DNA of 56,568 nt, the filler included, from Platydemus manokwari (Eukaryota), in assembly GCA_037951405.1 (NCBI GenBank). It is 5 parts of 5 records of this genome, joined end to end, with 100 filler letters (N's around TTAATTAATTAA, not from the genome) between each part and the next. Parts side by side here need not be neighbours in the genome. Positions count along the whole stretch, not along the records: positions 21,922 to 35,415 come from JBBMOY011704733.1; positions 35,516 to 46,099 come from JBBMOY011121885.1; 3 more parts are not named here. The stretch is one strand, 5' to 3'. This document shows positions 28,927 through 39,930 of the stretch, piece by piece. Both the position numbers and the translations under genes were made by a program. Under the pieces are notes generated by a model. It did no database searches, had not been told where the DNA came from, and saw nothing but the letters and a program-made list of their open reading frames with translations. Every line of letters begins with the position of its first letter. Positions within the stretch are counted from its first letter, which is position 1.

Positions 28927-29462
28927 CCAAATATCTGTTTTGAAGAATTTATTCCTGTAAAAGTATATTTCCTATTTTTCTGTTTTAAATTATGAAAAGG
29001 TTTTCTTCTTTTGAAACCTTTATTATAAGTATTTTCGTTTTCTTTAGTTTTATCTGGCATCCATCCAAATAGTTTTCCTATTCTGCATTGTGATTCATCT
29101 ATTAAAGTAAAATTAACATACTTGATATTTTGATAAATTTTCAATCTTTCATTTTCATGAGTTCCCCATGTTAATCTCATGGAATTAAATAAATTTGGAA
29201 AAAAGTTATTTCCTGAAGTAATATTATAATTTACCTAAACATCCGCTTCATTGTTTTCTTTTGTCTTTTTAAATTCAAATTTTATTGAATATCGAAGGAA
29301 ACTATTACAAATATCTAAAGGATTTGAAGTTGGCTGGAATTCAAAAACAATATCAGTAGATTTATTTAAATTTGTTGGCAGTATCTTATAGATTAATAGC
29401 ATGAAAATCTTTTTTAATTCAATGTACAAATTTATAAATTTTTTATCTAGGTTTGTCACCAT
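28927..29462 (-). pseudogene. Putative major capsid protein (double jelly-roll), N-terminal part
   Basis: Reading through a stop at 29235-29237 gives DIVFEFQPTSNPLDICNSFL...ITSGNNFFPNLFNSMRLT...GWMPD...NKGFKRR. This resembles Polinton MCP N-termini (NNFxxSLF, NxGFxxR) and lies downstream of the ATPase on the same strand. Confidence 0.6.
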
Positions 29463-29799
29463 TTTTATTATAAAAAAATAGGAATAAAAATATTTCGTTC
29501 TCTTAAAATTTTTTTTGAGCATGCACTTTGTTATAATTGAAAATATTTTTTGTTTATCTTATTTTTTCTTTATTTATAAATCGTAATAGATGTATTTAGA
29601 TTTATTCACCTCCTCAAATGCTAATTGATGTTCTTCTTAATTTTCTGATCTAACAAAGGTTTAGCAAATTCAGTGATACCTTGATTTAACAAAATTTTAG
29701 AATATTGTTTTTATTCAGAAATTATTTTTCAAGGAAACAATCTTTTTTAATTCTTCTATTCTTTTATTTATGTCGAAAGTTCCCATTTTAATTTTTAAA

Positions 29800-30564
29800 T
29801 TTAAGTCTACTTCGTCTTTATAAATTGTAAACAGATCTACAAGAATTAAACCTTATCTTTATCGAATGCTATATTTTTTTTTATTTCTCCTTCCATTGTT
29901 TATTTACTAAAAAAAATAAAATCTTCTTTTTCTGTAGTGTTGAAAAATAAATCCGAATGTATTAAACCTTTATCTCCTTTATTTAATTTAAATAAAAAAA
30001 TAAAATTTGAATTATTTCTTATTGAATTCTTTGGTAAATCACACCAACTTTGGGATAGGTAAATATTATTACAATTATTATGTCTTCCTATTGTAAAATA
30101 AGCAGATATTATTTCCTGTGAAACAATCATAAAAAATTATTAAATCCTTTTTATTTTTATTTAAGCCTGATGGTTTTATAATTTCATCGGATTTGGGAGT
30201 CATAGTTATAGAAAAACTTCATTCGATGTATTATAATTTTCTGTAGGAGGTAAATAAAGCTCACCAATTTCTCTAATAGTTAAATCTTGGTCAAAATTAT
30301 GTTGATTATCAAATATTTTATTATATATTCTTTTTATAAACCATTTTGAAATCAGTGATATAAAACTTGATATTCTTCTTGATAAACAGTTTTTGAAAAT
30401 ATTACTAAATTATCATAATCTAAAAATCCGAGTGTTAATAACATTTTAAAAAGTAATTGACTTTTACCACAACCAGGACTTCCAAAAATTAACATTCTAA
30501 AAGATGAAAGAATATTTAGATGATTATTAAAAGTTATTTTATTTCTTCTCCAAACAAAAGTCAT
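29800..30564 (-). pseudogene. A32/FtsK-like genome packaging ATPase (Polinton/adintovirus type)
   Basis: Walker A RMLIFGSPGCGKS, degenerate Walker B LIIFYDC (~30125-30145) and the family motif FTIGRHNNCNNIYLSQSWCDLPKNSIRNNSN. Interrupted by stops and frameshifts. Confidence 0.9.
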
Positions 30565-30649
30565 TTTTAAATTTAAAAATTAAATAAGATTAATAAATGT
30601 GAAACCCTATTTAACAACTTGAAACTTATTAAAATACCGGTCTAGCTTG

Positions 30650-31250
30650 AAACTCACGGATAAAGATTCTGATAATTTTTGAGGTTCTGAAATATGACCT
30701 CATTCTACTTTACCTTGAAATTCTTTAATAAAATCTTCAGATAAAATTTGAAATTCTGAAATAGCCCCCCGTTTCACTTTATCTTGGAATACTTTAATAA
30801 AAGATTCTGATAATTTTTGGGGATTGAAATATGTCCTCATTCCACTTTATCTTGAAATTCTTTAATAAAATCTTCAGATAATTTTTGATAAAATGAAATA
30901 GCTTCTCAATCCACCTTATCCTGGAATTCTCTAATAAAATCTTACGATAATTTTCGATAATATGATATAGATTTCCAACTCACTTTATCATGAAATTCTC
31001 TAATAATTGATACTTAAAGTTTTTGATTTATGCAATCTAATATAAGGATTTTTTCATGTAAATTTTGTATACAATAAGGACATTCATCACCATCATATTT
31101 TTTATCACATTCTTCACGTATATGATGTTTACAAAAAATAAGCATGAATGTTTTCCTATAATATACTATACATTCTTCAGAATTTTCTGATTTTTTATGT
31201 AATCGTTTTCCATTTCTCTCAGTAAATTATTTTAAATTATTTGTCTTCAT
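30650..31250 (-). pseudogene. RING-finger + 23-aa tryptophan-repeat protein
   Basis: EECIVY...CKHHIREEC...ECPYC (decayed RING), followed by about five 69-bp repeats of WxxISxxQKLSEDFIKEFQDKVx, the Trp-repeat type seen in large DNA viruses. Several stops and frameshifts. Confidence 0.75.
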
Positions 31251-31281
31251 TTATTTTAAAAGTTAATTTTTTATTTAAAAA

Positions 31282-32261
31282 ATGACTGAATTCGCTGGGG
31301 GATATTTATGTCAGATTTGTAATAAAGAAATTTCTAAATCTAATAAATCAAAACATGAAAAAACCAAATCTCATATGAAAAATACGAGTATGAATGGTAC
31401 GAATGGCAGGAGTAAGAATAGCATGAGTATGAATAGTACGAGCATGAATGGTACGAGCACGAATACAAATAAGAAATTAAGAGGTTTTGAATTTATTGGA
31501 GGAGACTCAATGAAACTGATGACCGGTGGTGATATACAAGAAGCAATTACAAATAATAATTTTTTAAATAAATATAGTACTGGATATCATTAGGGAGAAT
31601 TTCATTTAAAAAGTATGAATCCATTTAATAAAACTGATCCTGTTCATATTTGTACGTGTCAAAATGAGCTCGAGTGTTGATTCAAAGTCAATTCTAGTGT
31701 TGTCTAAATTTTCTGTCAACAATGCAATACCTTCAAATTGCGGGGAACTCCTAAAGTTTTCATCTACTACTTCAATTGAGAAATCTTTTGAATGATCTCA
31801 GGTAATGACTGATCTCTAGTGAAAACGTTATAGAATACATGGACAATCCGCAGCAAGTTTCCTAAGTTCGTTATGATAGGAATATTGAAACTGTTCAGAG
31901 ACTAAATGTTAGTGGAGATAAAAATTTAATCACCTCTAATGATTACTTAAGATAGAGTTCAAATTACAATTTGCAAGGCACAAATCTTCAAGAACATTTA
32001 CAAAATTATGATGAAACTGGAAAATTAGATAAATCTCCAATTCCAAAAGAAAATCATCAACTTGTAAAAAGAATAGATATGATAGCATTGCAAGATGATC
32101 TTGATTTTATTTCAAATGATTTACAAGATAGACATGTTGCTAATGTTGAAATGATACATCAAATGGATAATATTCCAAATTCAACATTCAGAGAAAAATT
32201 ACAACGATTTTTAATTAAAAGTATTATGAAGGGGAAAATTATTCTTGGACAGGGCTGTTGA
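31282..32261 (+). pseudogene. C2H2 zinc finger + viral-type phospholipase A2-like gene; exons 31282-31659 and 31974-32261
   Basis: CQICNKEISKSNKSKHEKTKSH zinc finger, then GGDIQ...H*GEFHL...HICTC|QGTNL...RIDMIALQDDLDF...DRHVANVEM...GKIILGQG. This matches the parvovirus/adintovirus PLA2 pattern GExHL..HNFTGPGT..D..A..HD..Y..R..AD. Internal TAG at 31591; catalytic HD reads DD. Confidence 0.75.
31660..31973 (+). ncRNA. Group I self-splicing intron, IC1-like, partly decayed, no homing endonuclease ORF
   Basis: P AAATTGCGGGGAA (31735-31747), Q AATCCGCAGC (31845-31854), R GTTCAGAGACTAAA (31893-31906) and S AAGATAGAGTTC (31949-31960) occur in the correct order. P4 is TGCGG/CCGCA and P6a is AGTTTC/GAAACT. 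The 5' exon ends in T, the intron ends in G, and removal restores the reading frame. Confidence 0.9.
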
Positions 32262-33160
32262 GATAATACCCATGCAGACTGCAAACCAATAAATTACATA
32301 ATAATAGATAATACATAAAAGTAATAATAATAAATAAAACAGAAAACCCACATTAATTAAAATTCAGGCGTGTAGGCGGAATTATATTAATAATAGTTAT
32401 ACAATTTTTTCAATAAATTATTAATCCATGTTGCCATGGCAATCCGAAATATAGTCATAGAAATTCAAATTTAAATGCAAATTGCCATGACAACGGTGGA
32501 TATTACTAAGGAAATCCTCAAATAAGGAATAAAATTATTCATTCGCCAAAATCAAAATCCTTATAAATACTGAAGTAAAATTCAGTATTTTGCCACAAAA
32601 TTACGCAGTTCATAGCAATTACAGATACTTCGAGACTAAATTCGAGATTGCAAATCCAAATTCAAGATTACAAATCCGATTACAAATCAAATACGAAGCG
32701 ACATTCGCAGCCGAGTCAACTCGTATACCCTACTAAATTCAGTCATTTCTAGCCTCCGGCAACAGTTGTTTACCTATTATTCAGCTCAATTATTAATTCA
32801 AAATGGTAAAAGCTGATTATTATTTTGATCACCTGATGTCATTCTCCGAAAGGAGATTTGTTGTCAGTGAACTTTAAACCCTCACAAAATCGTAACAGAG
32901 TTTGTGAGTCTAAAATCACTATTTCCTTAGTTTATATACCGCAGTGGGGCGCCATTTAGTTGTTATTTACTGATAAATCTTCCGGGCACAACAGCTTACT
33001 CCTTCTAACTTACAGCATAACACATTTGGTAATATTTATTATAATAAAGTATTTGTTATTACATTATTGTTGTTCTTATTAATATTTATATAACTCATTC
33101 ACACGCAATCTATTAATCTGTGAAGCTTCAGATATTGGTGGAAACATCAATCTCGAACTA
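32256..33160 (+). repeat. Possible solo-LTR-like repeat abutting the viral element
   Basis: Begins TGTTGAGAT, like the other LTR-like repeats in the window, with a TATAAATA at ~32563 and a higher-complexity noncoding body. The right boundary is uncertain. Confidence 0.35.
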
Positions 33161-35515
33161 ACTGAAGATCATATAATTACATAATAAATTAACATTTGAA
33201 AAATCGCTGATTCACTATTAACTTATCACCAAACAAGTTTCCATCAGTACGACAAATAATTTATGAAATTATTATATTTTAATAATGTATTTTGTATGTA
33301 TAGAAAGCAGATTAAAGGAATCAATATTGAGAAATAATTATCGACACTGAGAAATCATTAATCAATAAAAAGAAAATATAAGTAAATAAGAGAAGGAAGT
33401 TAAATAAATTGTAAATATCAGACATAATGTGACAGCACGCAAAAGCGTACTGTGGGCTAACACATAGTATTAATAACTCTAAGGTGTTCAATTGAAATAA
33501 TATTAGTTGTACCAACCCTTAGGCATTCATTCACAATTTAATCTTGTTCAGACCCAGAGCAGCATCAATTCCTCTGTGCGAAAGACTTTTTATAAAATCA
33601 ACTAATTTTTCCATTAATTCGGTCTCATGCCAGTTACTGAAGCCCCTGCAAATCGAAACTTTCAACCTTAATAACCATAAAATACTTTTAATAGCTCTTT
33701 GAAATTTTGCTATGCTCCTTTTAAACCAAATGATACAATATTGAATTTATAAGAAACATCAGCATCTGCCAACGCGGTTTTACATTACCAATACCATTCA
33801 GTCGAGAATATTTCAGAGTTTTCTATTTTATCAGAAATAGCTTGTAAAGACATAATGGATATGTATCTTTTCTAGTAAACGCATTTAGTATTTAATAATT
33901 AATACATCTAATACTACCGACAATATTTTTATATGTACTACTAGCAGTCCTCACGTCAAATAATTGAATCGTTAATATCGTTTTAAAGAATTTACAGTTT
34001 TTGCCTTGTTTTCTTCTAAGCATACTCAAGCTATACAACATAACCCATATCTAAGAACACTACTTTACCTGGTATCATATACTAAGTAGGTGCTTCTAAC
34101 ATCAAATTTTCGATTGGCTATTAATTCAATAAATTATTTTAGTGTTCGTTTTTGGTTATCATTTATAATATGGCTATTAACATTAATGCGTTTTTTATTA
34201 ACAGTAGTCTAATAAACATAAGATACAATCGATAATTCTCGGGTTAAGCGCAACTACTTTATTTACAAAATCGAACAAAACTAACATTAATCGATCGAGA
34301 ATTTTTTAATTTTTAATAATCACCAATTTATAACAAATTGGTATTTCGAATTCTCGAATAATAAGCATACCTTGTCAGTACGAGGAACCTTCATAATATG
34401 CCACTTCCAATCACATGTCATAATAAACGCTCTGTACAAATATTCTCAATCGAATTAATTCACTAACATTAAGAAGTTTCAGCAAAGTGTTCTTAAAATA
34501 TGCTTAAAATCAACTAATCTAAAACTTTAAATAAAATGTTTAATTTTTCGACGTAATACTTCAATTATAAACGAAATGTTAGAAAAAGTAACAAAAATAT
34601 ATTTTCTAACCATGCGTATAAAGGTTAAATCTTTTTGAAATATCAATAAAATCAAAATCGAATGGCAGAATAATGCTTCATGATATAATTATTCTCAATA
34701 TCACAAGCAATATTTGCAAGTAATTTCCCATGAATTACTCCAGTTTTAAACCCAGATCCTTTGAATAACGATTAGACTAAAATTCGAACATGTATAAAAT
34801 TACCACAAAATCCACATCCAATTATAATCTTCTTGAATACAGGGTGTCTATCGATTATTGGTTGATCATCAGGAGTTCTCTAAAATATATTAATTATACT
34901 ACTCAATAAAATGATTAATATTTTCTTTTTAATATTTTTTATTATTTGCAATACCTTGTCCTTATTATTTGATATAAGTTGTGGTAATAAATCAAGCTAC
35001 AAATTTTAAAATCAATAATTATAATTAATTACTAAAATCATTATGTAACTGCACTCACATTTTTTTTATGCCTGGAGGATTTGAATATCTAAGCGAAGGC
35101 ACAAAAAGCCCACGTGTCAACTCTTACTATTTCACTTACTCGAAGTTCAACCCAAAAAGTATTCAAATAAATATTCAAACAAAATATGTTTAACAATATT
35201 TTATTAAAAATAAGCTGTTTAGAAAAAGTTTAAAACCTTCACACCTTCATTTCTATAAAATCTTTGATCTTCTTCACATTTCTTGATATTGAATTCTGTG
35301 TTTTTCCATATTTTTATATCAAATTCAATCAATCTACCTATATTACCTACATAGATCTTCTCTATATATCTTTGACAGTTTTCTTTCACTGATTCTTTAA
35401 TAATCAAATCGGTATNNNNNNNNNNNNNNNNNNNNNNNNNNNNNNNNNNNNNNNNNNNNTTAATTAATTAANNNNNNNNNNNNNNNNNNNNNNNNNNNNN
35501 NNNNNNNNNNNNNNN

Positions 35516-35585
35516 TAGTTTTGGCCCTCCAAATTTTAAAAAATCAGCAATGTGGCCCTTTGCTGAAAAAGTTTGGAGACCCCTG
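35516..35585 (+). mobile_element. hAT (Charlie-like) 3' terminus next to a gap
   Basis: TGGCCC sub-terminal repeats and a terminal AAAAAGTTTGGAGACCCCTG. Confidence 0.65.
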
Positions 35586-38500
35586 TTCTAGATAACTATT
35601 TTTTAGATTTCTGTAATTTATTAATAATTCTATTTTTGATATTCTTTATTTATGTATTCTTTATTTTCGATAGTTAAAAGTACGAAAGTAGCCTAATTAC
35701 TATTAAAGAATTATTTATTTAGGAGAATTGATAAATTTCGTCTATACAAACAGAATGATTATTACTTTTCAATACTATTGAGCTGGTGATAATTCAATTT
35801 TTGATGAATTTACTTAATTTTTAATTTATCTCAGGTTTCAAAATGGGGTTCTGTTTAATTCATAGATAGACAATGTTTATCAAATGAATTCCAAATTTGC
35901 CGACTAAATTCAACTGTGCGTATAGAACAGTGTGTAGAATAATTGTTTTGAAATTGTTTTTGCACGTTCTATCAGCAGCTATAAATAATGATCAGGGAAA
36001 TTTTCACAGGGAGATTTTTAAATGAGTTATTTCCTGAATTTCGCAACAATTGTGTGACAACATTACAGTTTGTGTATCAATGTCAATAAAATCAAATAAA
36101 TAAAAAAGAAATGCTTGTTTAAATACATCTGTGGATAATACAATTAAAGTATTCGATATTTTACCGATAAACCTTTTTGCATCATGGTTTTAATTCGAAT
36201 GTTTGATAAATTAAAATTAAAAATAAATTAAGATGATCAATGAGAAGATTGAAATTTGATTTTAGTTATGAAATAGGACCGGTACTGCTGGAGTTTTGTT
36301 CTTTAAATAAATGGTTTTATAATCAAAATTCCAATTTATCTGACTTCACATTTACAAAAAATATGATTAATAGATAAGTAGATAAAATATAACTTAAAAT
36401 ATAAAATAATATGTAATAATTATAAAATAGGTTATAATCAAATACCAAATGATTCTGCTCATTAAGATGGCAAGATAAGCTTTTGTTTCGCAAAGACCTT
36501 TATAATTCTTTTAATTTCTCTGTGTTACATACCTTGTATATCGTTTGATACATCAACGAATCTTCATTCAAATTGTGTTGGTTTTCAGACAGGATAATTG
36601 GAAAAAGCGACAGCTACACACCAACAAACACATAAGGATTGACCAATCCAACACATATAAAAACCAATAAACCCATTAGAAACAGCACACACATCTCGAG
36701 GATGATTTCCTATATAAATACAGACAACTGTCAGTTTGAAGCCAAATTTTTGTATTGAGTCGTACTGATTAGTACGAAAGTTGGAAATAAAGCATTAAAC
36801 CTTCGGTTTTCGGAGTCAGCATTTATTTGTAACAATAAATTGAAATAAAAACAAAAACATTGCTCACGATAACTTCTTAAAATTGCAAATGGTTGTAATG
36901 TTCTGAACAAGCAAAATTTTAAATAATAATTTGTGAGTAAATTTTGTGTCTTAATTTCGGTGTGAATTTTTACAAGCCTCATTCATGGGTGCGTTCTTTA
37001 TCGCTGTGTTTTTGTGCTTGAAGTCCTTTGTTACAATTCTGAGCTCGATTTTCATTTTTGGTAACAGTGTGCTATATTTTTCTACTTCGGCTTAAATGAA
37101 TGTCATAAATGTTTCAAATTTGTTCTTGTTAAAAAAATTATGTATTAAAACCATCGAATAAATTTTGATTTTGTATTGAAATTTCAATTTTCTAATTGTC
37201 TTTGTTTTGATTCTAAAAATTCAACTTTTCATTTTAGCTTTAAGATATTTTCAATATTTTATCTTTTTACCCCACAGACCTTGAGTTTCTTATTTTAAAT
37301 ATTTTTAATTTGTTTGTTTTATTAATAAATGTTTAAGTTATATTTTAGATATATCTCTAGAGTATATTTCCTCTTATTAGTATCGTATTGAATCTCGAAT
37401 ACATCTTTGAATAACTTATCCAATTGTGAATTCAAACTCAATGGTATTTCATTCACATTCACTATCACTTATGAATTGGATCCGTGTATCTAATGTGATT
37501 TTCAAATCACATGTATCCTTCAATGATATTCTCAGTTTCCTCATAACTTTTAAATAAGTTTCTTTGTAACCATTACAGAAGACATAAAAGTTATACATGA
37601 AAAGTTGTATGCTACTATAACAATCCTATTTTATGAAATAGGCCTGAAAAATTGTCAGAAAACTAATAACATAAATCGAAACTCAGATGCTACGGTTGCT
37701 CGGATTTACTTACGAATAAATGTAAATAAATGCGTGAGTGAAATGCTACACATCGTCATAATTAAAATTACAGGAAAAAGTGTTACGAACATAGTAATGT
37801 GATTATTAGAGCCGTGTGAAAAAATAAGAATACAATTAACTTGCTTCACGATCTGATGCGGAAATTCTGATTTATAAGCTTTTATTTATTCTATAATCAG
37901 ATGTTTTTGTAAAAAAAATAATATCACTCGATAAAAATATAATCTTTAATAATTACTATTTTATTATTGATAACAATACACGTGGATTTTCTAATTATCA
38001 TTACCTTTTTGTTGTCTATTTTAATATTAAATTACTTAATAATAATATTTTAGCCTAATTATGATCTTCATTGGAAAAAAAATAATTGTATATTCTAGCT
38101 AGAGAGAATTATTTCGAGTCAAAATAGCCATTGTTAAATTTGTGAATAAAATATGAAAATATTTGAAATTCGTTTATCCAGAATTTCTAGGTCTTCGTAT
38201 AATTAAAATCTTAAGAGGATTCTTAAATCATGAATTTTAAAATAATCTTAATTTAAAAATAATTTTTAATCAGTTTATTGTAATTTCGCTCGAATATTCT
38301 CCTAGAAATGATCAGTATTTTTATAAATGTCAATATTTTTCAAAAACTAGTGAGACATGGTTATATATAAATTGATCTCATTGAGAATTGCATTCCTTAT
38401 ATGTGTTTGTCTAAGATATTTATCAGTGGAATTAAAGCAAGCGATTAACGCACTTCAGACTCAATAAATTATAATTCAAATTTTTAAGTAAATATCTGTG

Positions 38501-39744
38501 TCGAGTATGGAATGTTTTTTGCAACGCCTGGATGAGTAAAGTATGAAAACAATAAACACAATATCGGAGTAGTTTTATTTTGTTGTTATATCGAATTTTG
38601 TTCTTTAAATTTATTTTTAGAAAGAGTATTGGACAAAATGAAATTTCATCTGAAATAATATTTATTATTGTCTGAACATTACAAGCACTAGATTCATTTT
38701 GTTGTTAATAAAATAGTTACAAGCATTATTGTTATGATGATCAGGCTTTTATTCAATATTCAAGGAAAATTCTGTCATCCAAATTGAGCTAATTCTATAA
38801 AATTCTATTAAAAGTTATTAGAATTTATATAAAATAAAATAAGCTTTCAATACAAAATAAATTACCTAATTAAAATGTTTTTATATCGCTCGTATAAAAT
38901 TGAATATCGCCGTAATTTTTCTTCATAAGAATATTTAAAATAATATAACAAATACGTGGACTTAAAAAAATCATTATTTTTAATTGCTTAAATGATGAGA
39001 ATAAATCTTTATTTATTGAGTAACTAGATTTAAAATTACATTCGAAATTATTTTATTGTTTTTTTATTAGTTAATAATTTATATTGTTTATCTCATTGTT
39101 TATCTCATATTCAGCTTTTACATTCATAAAATGCTTTCTCATGATGAAAGTGATTCTGTGAAGCTATCACAATGTATCTAATTAAATGACTAAATTAAAG
39201 AAATTTGCGGCAAGTGTTATTATAAGAAATTGTTTTGTTAGCATATGAGGTATATGTTTGATAAATTCTTCAATGAAAAGTAGTTTTTAATTCTGAGGTA
39301 ACACGAAGCTAGCTGATTCGGTATTGAAAGTCTTGAGGTTCTTTAGCTTTCAAATGCAATGTTTTTTGTTGAGCAAACTTCTGTCTTGTGTTATACACAT
39401 CGATTAAAAACATTCTGTATTAATAAAAGTTGCAATTTAAATATAACAAATATTAGCTAAGAAATTTTCAAACTTAATTCTATTTCCAATCAGAATGTAA
39501 AATGAACCGACGAAATAAAACCCGAATTCTTAATTATCTTGATTTGAATATTTATATTATTTATCGTAGCTAATGGTCTATTTGTATTAATATTTAATCT
39601 TGATAAATTATTTTTGCTTTTTATCCGTGCCTTTTACAGAAAATACGATATCAGTTTTTACATAGTTAAAATAATTACGAATATAAACAAATAACGATAA
39701 GATTCTCAATCTCAATAATTAATTTTCAAAGATTATTGATATTA

Positions 39745-39930
39745 CCGTATTTTCCGGACTATAAGGAGTTGACTGATTAATATATTGAATTAAATTAAAA
39801 ATGTATAGCAAGATTTAATACTCTTCATCGTCTGAAATGTCACATTCGCTTACATTAACATCATCACCATCTTTTTTTAATAAATCGTCTTAATAAATCC
39901 TAAAAATCTGTTTTAATCCGGAAAATACGG
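39745..39930. mobile_element. MITE, pogo/Tc2-like
   Basis: 14-bp perfect TIR CCGTATTTTCCGGA / TCCGGAAAATACGG with TA on both flanks. Confidence 0.8.

Larger units (their letters stand above)
28926..32255. mobile_element. Decayed endogenous Polinton/adintovirus-like viral element (partial)
   Basis: Tightly packed pseudogenes lacking spliceosomal introns: capsid-like, packaging ATPase, RING/Trp-repeat and ZnF-PLA2-like. No pPolB, integrase or TIR is visible in the window. Confidence 0.8.

Noticed and set aside
30655-31005. 69-bp periodic repeats resembling a CRISPR-like array
   Set aside because: There is no repeat/unique-spacer alternation; the periodicity is a codon-preserving 23-aa protein repeat.
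31652-31977. Alternative reading of the PLA2 interruption as a spliceosomal GT-AG intron (GTACGT...TTGCAAG)
   Set aside because: It keeps the frame but deletes the GPG loop (giving HICTNL) and does not explain the P/Q/R/S core or the P1 pairing. It is probably a coincidence of decay mutations.
36560-37100. CCAAT plus TATATAAATA promoter-like segment (similar one at ~41690-41890)
   Set aside because: No downstream gene or defined termini; it may be LTR debris, but this cannot be established from this window.
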